A stretch of DNA of 64,000 bases from an uncultured Candidatus Entotheonella sp. Lineage in GTDB: Bacteria > Tectomicrobia > Entotheonellia > Entotheonellales > Entotheonellaceae. The notes below the pieces were generated by a model. It had not been told where the DNA came from and searched no databases. It was given only the letters and a program-made list of their open reading frames with translations. Made by a program: the position numbers and the translations under genes. Position 1 is the first letter of the stretch. Each line of letters opens with the position of its first letter. Location of the stretch: contig OZ244252.1 in the NCBI GenBank assembly GCA_965217185.1, positions 2,976,001 through 3,040,000 on the forward strand. The letters run 5' to 3'. Positions 29,831 to 38,585 of the stretch are shown here, one piece after another.

Positions 29831-30655
29831 ATGCCCGAGTTGCCCGAAGTGGAAACCATCCGACGAGGCCTCAGCCAGCAACTCGTGGGACGCACCATCA
29901 GCGCCGTCCGGGTGCGGCAGGCGAAGCTCCGTCACGTGGTCGACGCCCGGGCGTTGTGCGAGCACGCCGTGGGCCGCATGATCGACCGCGTGGAGCGCCG
30001 CGCCAAATACCTGCTGATCCACTTGCAGCCCGATCGGGTCTTGCTGTTCCATCTCGGCATGAGCGGACGGCTCCGGGTGGGCACCCCTACCGACGAGGAC
30101 GCCAAGCACGACCACCTCATCTTTCAGATGGGGCCGGACCTGGAAATGCGTTACCACGATCCGCGGCGATTTGGCATGTGCCTGCCTGCCACGGTTGCCG
30201 ACCTGCCGAACCACCCGCGTCTGCGCGGCCTCGGGGAGGAGCCTCTGTCGGAAGCGTTTACCAGCGATTACCTGCGGGCGCAGGCGAAACGGTCGCGCAA
30301 GCCGGTCAAGAATTTCCTGATGGATGCCGCGGTGGTTGTCGGCGTCGGCAACATCTACGCCAGCGAGAGCCTGTATCTGGCCAAGTTGCGCCCGACCCGG
30401 ACCGTGGATCGTTTGCGCCCGGTGCATTGGGGGCGTCTTCACGGCTCGGTGCGGCAGGTACTGCAAGCCGCTATTGACAAGCACGGCACCTCGCTGTCGG
30501 ATTATGTTGACAGCAACGGCGAGCAGGGTGAGTTCCAGAACGAACTGCTCGTATATGGCCGCGAGGGCGAGCCGTGCGCCCGCGACGGCCACCGCATCAA
30601 GCGCATTGTGCAGGCGGGGCGGAGCAGCTTTTACTGCCCCTGGTGTCAACGCTGA
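29831..30655 (+). CDS. mutM: Formamidopyrimidine-DNA glycosylase
   Basis: MPELPEVE, RRAKYL, HLGMSG, DPRRFG, GVGNIYA, C-terminal zinc finger region. Confidence 0.96.
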   Translation: MPELPEVETIRRGLSQQLVGRTISAVRVRQAKLRHVVDARALCEHAVGRMIDRVERRAKYLLIHLQPDRVLLFHLGMSGRLRVGTPTDEDAKHDHLIFQMGPDLEMRYHDPRRFGMCLPATVADLPNHPRLRGLGEEPLSEAFTSDYLRAQAKRSRKPVKNFLMDAAVVVGVGNIYASESLYLAKLRPTRTVDRLRPVHWGRLHGSVRQVLQAAIDKHGTSLSDYVDSNGEQGEFQNELLVYGREGEPCARDGHRIKRIVQAGRSSFYCPWCQR

Positions 30656-30687
30656 GATCAGAACCCCAGGAAACGGAGGGTAAAGGC

Positions 30688-31080
30688 GTGGCAAGACCGC
30701 AATGTGGCAGAAATTTTCCGCTGAGGGATGATGGCGAGATTCTCAAGATCAATTCTCCGCAAGACAAAGTGGGGGGTCCATATGTCGTTGTTGTCAAAAG
30801 TTTGGCGGAACGCTGGGCTATCGTGGCAATGGAATGGGAAAACGGGCCGTGCCTTGGAATTCGCTGGTTCTGGGAACGGAACGGTTACCCGCACACATTT
30901 GACTGGGGAACATGGCTAGTCAACTCCACATCTCTGTCGGAGATCATACGGCCTGGTTTGCCCTTGGAAGCTGGATGCCGCCGCATGCTGGAGGATTTCT
31001 TGGCCGGCAGGATACCCGGCGATCGGTTGCGACGCGCTCTCGATCCAGCCACTATCACCCTGTGCTGGAATCGCATTTAA
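30688..31080 (+). CDS. Small Trp-rich hypothetical protein, atypical composition
   Basis: GGAGG upstream of GTG; motif WENGPCLGIRWF...GYP...W; appears less GC-rich than neighbours. Confidence 0.5.
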   Translation: MARPQCGRNFPLRDDGEILKINSPQDKVGGPYVVVVKSLAERWAIVAMEWENGPCLGIRWFWERNGYPHTFDWGTWLVNSTSLSEIIRPGLPLEAGCRRMLEDFLAGRIPGDRLRRALDPATITLCWNRI

Positions 31081-31176
31081 CCTGTAGCATATCTGGTTCC
31101 TTTACGAACCCTGCCACCGCGCCGGGTGAGCCTTCAAGTCAGTAGTTTTGCGCACACGTGCGAGGATAATCCAGAA

Positions 31177-31986
31177 GTGTCATCACTAACCGACTTTCGC
31201 AAGATCGCCGAAGAGGCGGCACAGGTCGGCGGCCGCGTCCTGATGCAACATCGCTACCAGCCGCTCGAAATTGAGCACAAGGACCGCCAGGAAGTCGTCA
31301 CCAACGTTGACCGCAAGGCCGACGAGGCCATTTGCGGCGTCATCAGACACTATTTCCCCGACCACTCCATCATCAGCGAAGAGTCCGGCATCAGCCGTGC
31401 CGTCTCGCCCTACACGTGGATCATCGACCCCCTCGACGGCACCGAGTCCTACATTCGCGGCCAGCATTTCTCCGGCGTCACGGTGGCCCTGGCTAAAGGC
31501 GGCGAGACAATCGTGGGCGTCGTCTTCCACCCCTTCCAGGACGAGCTTTACGCCGCCGTGCAGGGTGGCGAAACGACGGTCAACGGGCACGCGGCGCGGG
31601 TCAGCGACATCGCCGACATCTCACAGGCGCGTCTGATCCTCGATTATTCGCCGCGCGACGTCCTGCGGCAGCACCTCTTCGCCGTAGAATGGGCGCACGG
31701 CATGAAGCAGATGTTCCGCATCGGCGGCTCGGTGGCGCTGAACATGTGTCTGGTGGCCAAGGGCGCGGCGGATGGTTACGTCTACGGTCGGCGCCGCAAT
31801 CGCGTCAAGAGTTGGGACGTGGCCGCCGCGACCCTCCTGGTGCAGTGCGCCGGCGGCTGCGTGCTGGACCGCCTCGGGCGCCCGCTGGATGCCAACGAGC
31901 CGCAGGGCTACCTGCTGTGCCACAACCGGCGGCTCGACGTGCCCGGCCTGTTCGGCGGTCACGAACCGTCGGAACAGACCGCCTAA
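31177..31986 (+). CDS. Inositol monophosphatase family protein
   Basis: VTNVDR, ISEE, WIIDPLDGT, SWDVAA; start uncertain (31126 or 31177). Confidence 0.9.
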   Translation: MSSLTDFRKIAEEAAQVGGRVLMQHRYQPLEIEHKDRQEVVTNVDRKADEAICGVIRHYFPDHSIISEESGISRAVSPYTWIIDPLDGTESYIRGQHFSGVTVALAKGGETIVGVVFHPFQDELYAAVQGGETTVNGHAARVSDIADISQARLILDYSPRDVLRQHLFAVEWAHGMKQMFRIGGSVALNMCLVAKGAADGYVYGRRRNRVKSWDVAAATLLVQCAGGCVLDRLGRPLDANEPQGYLLCHNRRLDVPGLFGGHEPSEQTA

Positions 31987-32636
31987 GGGTCGCTCCGGCG
32001 CTGCTTCTGCAGGTATTCCAGGCTCTTGTGATACCACTCTTCGGGGATTTTGTGGCTCTCGCCGAGGTAGTGCAGGACGGAATCCAGCGTCAGGATTGAA
32101 ACCAGGTTGATACCAAGGTGTTTCAAGCGCGCCTGGCCGCCCTCCTGACGGTCGAGCAGAACCAGCGCGTCGCGTACCAACAGGCCCTCCTGTTGCAGGG
32201 TGGCGGTGGTATGCGCGATGCTGCGGCCGCCCGTCACCAAGTCGTCGATGATGAGCACGCGCTGCCCGACTTCGTAGGCGCCTTCGATGATGCCGGTTTG
32301 GCCGTTATGGGTGGGCTTGACGTAGATCAGCGGCGTTCCGGAAATCAGCGAGAACGCCGTGGCCAAGTGGAGACCGCCAAGGGGAATGCCGGCGACGAGA
32401 TCATAGGCCGCCAAGTGCGGATGCCGCATGGCCTGGAGGGTCTGCACCTCTGCCAACATGACCTCGGCAGCGCGCCGCAGCGCTTTGGGGTTGCTGATCA
32501 ACCGGCGCAGATTGACGTATACCGGCGAGTTTACGGCGGTTTCCCCGAGGGAAAAGTTGCCAAACTGCACGCCGTCGAGAGTCCAGAGTTCCTCGGCCAG
32601 CCACAAATTGGCTACCCGCTTGTCTCCTGAGGCCAT
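31983..32636 (-). CDS. Orotate phosphoribosyltransferase-like type I PRTase
   Basis: FGNFSL, SPVYVNLR, PRPP motif LIIDDLVTGG, LLDRQEGG. Confidence 0.75.
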   Translation of the reverse strand: MASGDKRVANLWLAEELWTLDGVQFGNFSLGETAVNSPVYVNLRRLISNPKALRRAAEVMLAEVQTLQAMRHPHLAAYDLVAGIPLGGLHLATAFSLISGTPLIYVKPTHNGQTGIIEGAYEVGQRVLIIDDLVTGGRSIAHTTATLQQEGLLVRDALVLLDRQEGGQARLKHLGINLVSILTLDSVLHYLGESHKIPEEWYHKSLEYLQKQRRSDP

Positions 32637-32729
32637 CTAGCACGATCCTTTCGCTGCGAGACAATGTTCTGATACAGAGGGGTCACTCTTTACCACAGGA
32701 AGACCATCCGTTCAATGGAGGGCACAACC

Positions 32730-33767
32730 ATGAGCTGGCGCGAGCTTCCCATTCCGGAACATTTCGATCCCGACACGGTTGGCCAGGTGTGGCGCGTGCC
32801 GTACGGCGAACGCGCCGGGCAGGCGACGGCCTGGGCCGAGCAGCACGGCATCGAGCCTGCGGCTGCCGACGAGAAACGGATTTGCCTGTTGGCTATCGAC
32901 GTGCAGAACACCTTCTGCCTGCCGGATTTCGAGTTGTTCGTCGGCGGGCGTTCGGGACGCGGCGCCGTCGAGGATAATGCCCGCCTGTGCGCCTTCATCT
33001 ACCGCAATCTCGGATCGATCACCGAAATCCATCCCACCCTCGACACCCACACCGCCATGCAGATCTTCCACCCAGTGTTCCTGGTCGATGCAAACGGCGA
33101 GCATCCGCAACCCATGACGCCGGTGTCGGTCGAGGACGTCGAAAACGGCGTCTGGAAGGTGAACCCGGCGGTCGCCGACAGCGTATCGGGCGGCAACGTC
33201 GATGCCTTGCAGCGACACTTGCTGCACTACTGCCGCAAGCTGAGCGATTCGGGCAAATACATGCTGATGATCTGGCCCTACCACTCGATTCTGGGCGGCA
33301 TCGGCCACTGTCTGGTCTCGGCGGTGGAGGAGGCGCTGTTCTTCCACAATCTCGCACGCCACAGCCAAACAGGTTTCGAGATCAAGGGCGGCAACCCGCT
33401 CACCGAGAACTATTCCGTGCTGCGGCCCGAGGTTCTAGACAACTCGGACGGGCAGCCCATCGCCCAAAAAAACGACCGCCTGGTGAACAAGCTGCTGGAG
33501 TTTGATGCGTTGATCATCGCCGGGCAGGCCAAGAGCCATTGCGTGGCGTGGACTGTCGCCGATCTGCTCGACGACATCGAGGCGCTGGACCCGACGCTGG
33601 CCCACAAGGTTTATCTGCTTGAGGATTGCACGTCACCGGTGGTGGTGCCGGGGGTGATCGACTTCACCGATGACGCTGACGTGGCGTACCAACGCTTCGC
33701 CGATGCCGGCATGCACCGGGTGCAGTCCACCACCGCGATGGCCGATTGGCCCGATCTGCCGCAGTAG
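32730..33767 (+). CDS. Isochorismatase/nicotinamidase-like cysteine hydrolase
   Basis: [35 protein letters not shown]. Confidence 0.85.
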   Translation: MSWRELPIPEHFDPDTVGQVWRVPYGERAGQATAWAEQHGIEPAAADEKRICLLAIDVQNTFCLPDFELFVGGRSGRGAVEDNARLCAFIYRNLGSITEIHPTLDTHTAMQIFHPVFLVDANGEHPQPMTPVSVEDVENGVWKVNPAVADSVSGGNVDALQRHLLHYCRKLSDSGKYMLMIWPYHSILGGIGHCLVSAVEEALFFHNLARHSQTGFEIKGGNPLTENYSVLRPEVLDNSDGQPIAQKNDRLVNKLLEFDALIIAGQAKSHCVAWTVADLLDDIEALDPTLAHKVYLLEDCTSPVVVPGVIDFTDDADVAYQRFADAGMHRVQSTTAMADWPDLPQ

Positions 33768-33784
33768 CCGCTCATTGCCCGGCC

Positions 33785-35167
33785 CTAACGCACGCCGTTG
33801 CCGGCCAGGGAATTGCGCATCACCCGGTCGGAGAAGGTTCGGAAGTCCGCGAACGCCCCCCGCAGGTAGGTCAGACGCTCCGCGTCGGTCACCCCCTCGT
33901 GCAGCGGATCGACCCCGTCATCCATGGCCTGAAACTCCGGCTCCGGCTCGTCCTGCAGCGTGATGGGGGCGCTGTACCAGCGGCCGCTCCGGTATAGGTA
34001 TCGCTGCTCCCCCGCCACGAAGGCAAATTGGTTGTAGCGAAACCGCGCGTGCGTGCGGCCGCGGTTGTTGTACCAATAGGACTGCATGACCGGCACCGAC
34101 CGCCAGGGCTCGTCCGGCAGCGACACCAGAGCCGGGTCGCGGTCGCCGGCGGCCCGCAGTATGGAGCCGAAGATATCCCGCGCCGATACAGGCTGGTGCT
34201 CGATGCGCGGCGCTTCGCCGTCGGGCGACAGCCAGAATAGCGGCACGCGATTCCCGGCGTCGTTGACGTTCGAGAAGTGGTACTGCCAGCCCTGCTCGCC
34301 GAAATTGTCTCCATGATCCGAGGCGAACACCACCAAGCTCTCGTTCTGTTCCCGCATCTCCTGAATGAACGCGTCCAGACCCGGCGCCATGCGTTCCCAC
34401 GACCGCCGCTGCCGCCGTCGCAACAGTGCCAGCATGTCCGGCCGGATGTAATCCTTCTTGCCCAGCAGCCGCGTCTGGTTCACCAGATGGTACAGGCTGT
34501 ACAGTTCCCGCGCCTTGTTCCAATACCCCGACGCCGAGGTGCTGAAATAGTCGCCGATGTGATACGGGAAGTGCGACTCCATCAGGTTGAGGAACAGAAA
34601 GGTGCGCGCCCCACGGCTCTCGTTGGCCCGGAGGATTGCCCGCGCCCGCTCGAAAACCGCCTGCATAGTCGATTGCAGCCACACTTCGGCGGCTTGCAGG
34701 TCCTCGCTGAGGCTGCCCAGCAGCAGGTCCTTGGAGAGCAGCTTGCGGCGCAGGCGCGGCTTGCCGATTATCGCCAGCAGACCGAACAGGCTCCTGTGCC
34801 GCGCCGGCACCAGGTGCCAGATGCGGTCAACGGTCTCGAAGCCGCGGCTGAGGCCGAAAATATCGGTGGTCACCACGTTGGCCGTTACCATGTGGGTACG
34901 GTATCCGAGGGTGCGCAGGCGTTCGGGCAGGCGCGGCACGTGTTGGTAGATGTCGCGCGTTTGCCCGGTGGCGCCGTGCTCGTGAGGCATGAGGCCGGTG
35001 AACATCGAGGCGGTGGCCGGCAGCGTCCAGCAGCCGCCGGAGCGCGCCTGGTCAAACCGCACCGCGCGCGGCGCCGTGTACGGCAGCCGATGGTCGCCCC
35101 CGGCGTGCACGGAATCCCAACGCAGGCTGTCGGCCACCAGCAGCACGATGTTCTTCGGCGTGTCCAT
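33785..35167 (-). CDS. Sulfatase-like / alkaline phosphatase superfamily hydrolase or transferase
   Basis: LLVADSLR, WTLPATASMFTG, NLMESHFPY, SDHGD; lacks the canonical CxPxR. Confidence 0.8.
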   Translation of the reverse strand: MDTPKNIVLLVADSLRWDSVHAGGDHRLPYTAPRAVRFDQARSGGCWTLPATASMFTGLMPHEHGATGQTRDIYQHVPRLPERLRTLGYRTHMVTANVVTTDIFGLSRGFETVDRIWHLVPARHRSLFGLLAIIGKPRLRRKLLSKDLLLGSLSEDLQAAEVWLQSTMQAVFERARAILRANESRGARTFLFLNLMESHFPYHIGDYFSTSASGYWNKARELYSLYHLVNQTRLLGKKDYIRPDMLALLRRRQRRSWERMAPGLDAFIQEMREQNESLVVFASDHGDNFGEQGWQYHFSNVNDAGNRVPLFWLSPDGEAPRIEHQPVSARDIFGSILRAAGDRDPALVSLPDEPWRSVPVMQSYWYNNRGRTHARFRYNQFAFVAGEQRYLYRSGRWYSAPITLQDEPEPEFQAMDDGVDPLHEGVTDAERLTYLRGAFADFRTFSDRVMRNSLAGNGVR

Positions 35168-35181
35168 GCGTGGTCTCCTCG

Positions 35182-37548
35182 TTACGCCGGGAGCGGCGCT
35201 TCCGTCCGGGCTTCGGCCGTCCGCCATTCGGTCTGCAATTCTCTGCCGTGCGGGGAAAATCCGAACAGATCATCAGGGGAAAAGACGCGCGCAAAATCGT
35301 CGGCATGGAAGAACACGGCAAACTTGCGCGCGCACTCGTCGAGGCGCCGCAGGTAATAATCGGTGTTCTCGTCGGGTTGCGCCGAGTCCCAGGCGGACAC
35401 CAGACGCGCGTTGTCGAAGGCGGTGACGTGGGCGCCGCTGCCGGTAACGTAATAGGCGATCTGCTCGCCCTTGCGCACCGCCTGCCCGGTGTCGCGTTCG
35501 CGGGCGATGGCCAATTCGTAGGCCGCCGCCCGCGTGCGCCGTTTGGCCGCCACGTCGGCCAGATACTGCGCCTCGTTCTCCTTCAGCGTTTCGGTGCGGG
35601 CGAAATCCTCCGCGCTCCACTCGTGCCGCAAGAGCCGCGCCCGCGTAGCCGTGTACAGATCGTGCAGCCCTTGCACGTCCTCAGCCAGCAGCAAACCAAT
35701 GGCTTCCAGAACAAAGCGTCGGCCAAAGGGCTCCATGGCCCGCGACACCAGGGACGAGCCCTTGCACTGCACCCGGCCGTCATACGTGAGCAGGGCGTAG
35801 TTCTTGACCTTGTACGACAGCATGCGGCGGTAGCGGCCGTCGTAGCCCAGGCGGATGCCGGGCGGCATTTGACGGTTGATGCCATCGACAAAGGCTCGCT
35901 CGGCCTCTTCGCCCTCAATGCTGGGCGGCGGCACGAACAGAACGCCGTCGGTGTCCACCTCGATCAATCTGCCGCCGCCCGCGCGGATGGCGTCGATGAC
36001 CCGCCGGATGATCTCCTGCCCGATGCGGGCCACACGGTCCGCAGCGGCGAAATCGTTGAACAGCGCGACGCTGAAGCCGAGCTGCCCGTAGAAACTGTTG
36101 ATCAATATCTTATAGGAACTCTGTTGCGCGTCCAGGGCGCTGGCGTCCGCGCGCCGGGTGGCCGCCCGCATGCGTTGCTTGGCGTCCAGGCGCAGGCCGG
36201 TGAGGCGGCGCAGCAGAACCTGGAAGAGCCCCAGGTCGTCCGTTTCGGGATGCACGTCGTAGTTCAGCATGATCGAGGGGTACAAGCTTTCCACGTCGGC
36301 GTAGACGATGGGGCCGACGACACCGGTGGCGAAAATGTTTACGTAACCGCCGCGCATGTGGCTGCCCATGCCGCTGCCGCTCGGCAGGGATTGCTTCTGC
36401 CGCAGATAGGCGCGCACCATGAGCGCCTCGATCTTGGCGGCGGGGCCGGTGCGGGCGACCTGTCCGTAGGGCATCGGCACCATTCGGGTGAGGTAGAACG
36501 CCGATCCGGAGAGCAGGCGGGCCAGGCGTTCGGTCTCCACCACATCGTGGCGGGCGTAGTCGATGAGCCGTTCCGGGTCGCTGTGCCAAACCTGCGAAAT
36601 CTCCTCCCCCTTCACGTAGGTCCGGTCGTCCGCCTGCAGGCCGAAATAGCGCGCCGCGGCTTTCAGGCCGTAGCCCGGCAGGTCGCGCTTGAACACGTCG
36701 AACGCCATCACCTGCAGATACGTGTCGATGACGTGCCGGCCGGCGATGTCCATCGCGGGCAGGTCCACCGAGCGCTCGGCAAACCGCATGGCGGCGCCGA
36801 ACGTGCGCGGCGCCGAGCCGTCGCGGCCCACGGCGAAGGCAACGCCGTGCCGGGCGCAGCGGGCCGTGATGTAGGCCAGGTCGAAGGCGTAGATGTTGTG
36901 CCCTTCGATGATGTCCGGGTCGCGCTCACGAATCGTTCGCACCAACTGCTCCAGCATCGCCTTCTCGGACAACTCCCGCGCGTCGATGATCTCGTGCCAG
37001 CCGCGGTTGTCGCTCAGCGCAATGATGACGATGCGGTCCTCGGGCCGTTGGGCGTGCGGGAACGTCCCCGGCTTCGACACCACTTCGATGTCGAGCTGCA
37101 TGCGGTGCAGGCCGTCGAACGGCATGTCCTTGAACAGCGTTCTGCCGCTTTGCATCAGGTACTGCTGCGTCGGGTTGGCGATGCGGTAGACGCTGGCGTC
37201 CGGCTGCGCTTGCAGGTGCCGCACGGCGTCGTGGTAGGCCGACCAGGTGTCGAAAACGACGAGGTGTCGGTAGGCATGCCGACCCTGCAGCGTCTGGCAA
37301 CGGAAGCGCTGACGCGGAAACCCGCGCAGCGCCTGCAGGTCGGTGAGAAACAGGAAGGGATAATAGGGGACGTCCGCGACGGTCAGCGCGCCGTTTCGCT
37401 CGCCGCGCTGGTACACCCGCATCAGGGCCTGATCGGTGCCGTTCCCCTGCCGCAGCGGGTGCAGTGCGACCAGTCGCGGCGTCGGGTCGTGCCCGAACAG
37501 CACGGCATCAGAGGTTGTCGAATTCTGCATGGGCAGGGTCATGGACAC
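35182..37548 (-). CDS. Family B DNA polymerase with 3'-5' exonuclease
   Basis: Exo I LDIE, Exo II GHNIYAFD, Exo III YARHD; polymerase motifs DVESLYPS, KILINSFYG, VDTDG, KNYA; start uncertain (37530-37548). Confidence 0.92.
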   Translation of the reverse strand: MSMTLPMQNSTTSDAVLFGHDPTPRLVALHPLRQGNGTDQALMRVYQRGERNGALTVADVPYYPFLFLTDLQALRGFPRQRFRCQTLQGRHAYRHLVVFDTWSAYHDAVRHLQAQPDASVYRIANPTQQYLMQSGRTLFKDMPFDGLHRMQLDIEVVSKPGTFPHAQRPEDRIVIIALSDNRGWHEIIDARELSEKAMLEQLVRTIRERDPDIIEGHNIYAFDLAYITARCARHGVAFAVGRDGSAPRTFGAAMRFAERSVDLPAMDIAGRHVIDTYLQVMAFDVFKRDLPGYGLKAAARYFGLQADDRTYVKGEEISQVWHSDPERLIDYARHDVVETERLARLLSGSAFYLTRMVPMPYGQVARTGPAAKIEALMVRAYLRQKQSLPSGSGMGSHMRGGYVNIFATGVVGPIVYADVESLYPSIMLNYDVHPETDDLGLFQVLLRRLTGLRLDAKQRMRAATRRADASALDAQQSSYKILINSFYGQLGFSVALFNDFAAADRVARIGQEIIRRVIDAIRAGGGRLIEVDTDGVLFVPPPSIEGEEAERAFVDGINRQMPPGIRLGYDGRYRRMLSYKVKNYALLTYDGRVQCKGSSLVSRAMEPFGRRFVLEAIGLLLAEDVQGLHDLYTATRARLLRHEWSAEDFARTETLKENEAQYLADVAAKRRTRAAAYELAIARERDTGQAVRKGEQIAYYVTGSGAHVTAFDNARLVSAWDSAQPDENTDYYLRRLDECARKFAVFFHADDFARVFSPDDLFGFSPHGRELQTEWRTAEARTEAPLPA

Positions 37549-37589
37549 TGGCCTTTGACGTTCAGAACAGAATCGTGGAACGCTCTAAG

Positions 37590-37979
37590 TCATTGCAATT
37601 TGGGATGCGTATTGATTTCTACCTCGGCCTTGGCTTCCACGGTCTCGGATGCGGCATCCGCGGCGTAAGCCTTGAGCGATTCGGCCAACATTTGGGCAAC
37701 AAAAAGAATAACGGCCACGTCATCGAGCAGGCCGCCTCCTGGGATGAAATCCGGCACGGCGTCCAAGGGGGAAATCAGATAGATGAGGGAGCCAACGGCG
37801 GTTGCTTTCTTGCCCCACGCGACGTCCGGGTCCTTTATGAACCGCCACAGCACCTGCACCTTGTCCCATATTTTCACGATGGGGCCTCGGTTCATGGCGC
37901 CGAGTTTCCCGGCAATCACCGGGATGTCCTTCAGGGAGGCTCGCTTTGCGAATTTCCTCAGCAGTGCCATTTTTCCCAT
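37590..37979 (-). CDS. YkvA/DUF1232 family membrane protein
   Basis: YLISPLDAVPDFIPGGGLLDD. Confidence 0.85.
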   Translation of the reverse strand: MGKMALLRKFAKRASLKDIPVIAGKLGAMNRGPIVKIWDKVQVLWRFIKDPDVAWGKKATAVGSLIYLISPLDAVPDFIPGGGLLDDVAVILFVAQMLAESLKAYAADAASETVEAKAEVEINTHPKLQ

Positions 37980-38002
37980 ACCGCTTGTTCTCCTCAAGGC
38001 GC

Positions 38003-38245
38003 TCAACTTGGCAGACGCGTAGAGGCATCCAATACCGTAACCCCTACGATCTGGTTATCCCGGTAGCGTAACAGGAAGCCTTCATCCGTCATGTCCGTAT
38101 CCGTGGCCTGCTGCGGGCGCGCAAAGCTGATATAGAGCACATCAGCCTCCCGGTCATAATCCACCCAATACCGCGACGCCGGAAAATCAAAAGGTACCGC
38201 CCGCGCGAGCGACAGAGCCTGCTCAGGGGTCAGGACCTGCTCCAT
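38003..38245 (-). CDS. DUF2283 family protein (putative antitoxin)
   Basis: YDREADVLYISF ... IVGVTVL; overlaps the upstream gene. Confidence 0.8.
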   Translation of the reverse strand: MEQVLTPEQALSLARAVPFDFPASRYWVDYDREADVLYISFARPQQATDTDMTDEGFLLRYRDNQIVGVTVLDASTRLPS

Positions 38246-38529
38246 AGGGCCTTCCTCCTGTCCATGTTATGTGTGAAATACGCCGTAATGATAAAACCGT
38301 CTTCGGCGGACACCTGGCGATAGACAACCATCAGATATCGCTGGTGCCCGTAGTTCCGCACCGCAACCAGCGAGCCTCGATAACCACGAAGGATAAGATC
38401 GGGGTTCTCAACAGAGTCGAGCACATCCTCGTAATATCCCGCAAGGTCATCATGATTTTCGACAATATGAAACCACCGCTCATGAGTCAAACGGATTGGC
38501 ACCCCATCTATAGATATGGCAACATCCAT
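38230..38529 (-). CDS. DUF4258/RelE-fold-like putative toxin
   Basis: IRLTHERWFHI..H, NPDLI, LMVVY, GFIITAY; paired with DUF2283. Confidence 0.7.
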   Translation of the reverse strand: MDVAISIDGVPIRLTHERWFHIVENHDDLAGYYEDVLDSVENPDLILRGYRGSLVAVRNYGHQRYLMVVYRQVSAEDGFIITAYFTHNMDRRKALWSRS

Positions 38530-38585
38530 CGTCGCACCCACAACAGGAAAAATCCATGCCTCAAAAACCACACGGCCAGCAACCA

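Noticed and set aside
37550..37590. Possible LexA box upstream of polB (GAAC/GTTC words)
   Set aside because: Spacing fits neither GAAC-N4-GTTC nor GTTC-N7-GTTC.
35170..37668. 832-aa plus-strand ORF
   Set aside because: Antisense shadow of the PolB gene; no recognisable motifs, typical of high-GC codon bias.
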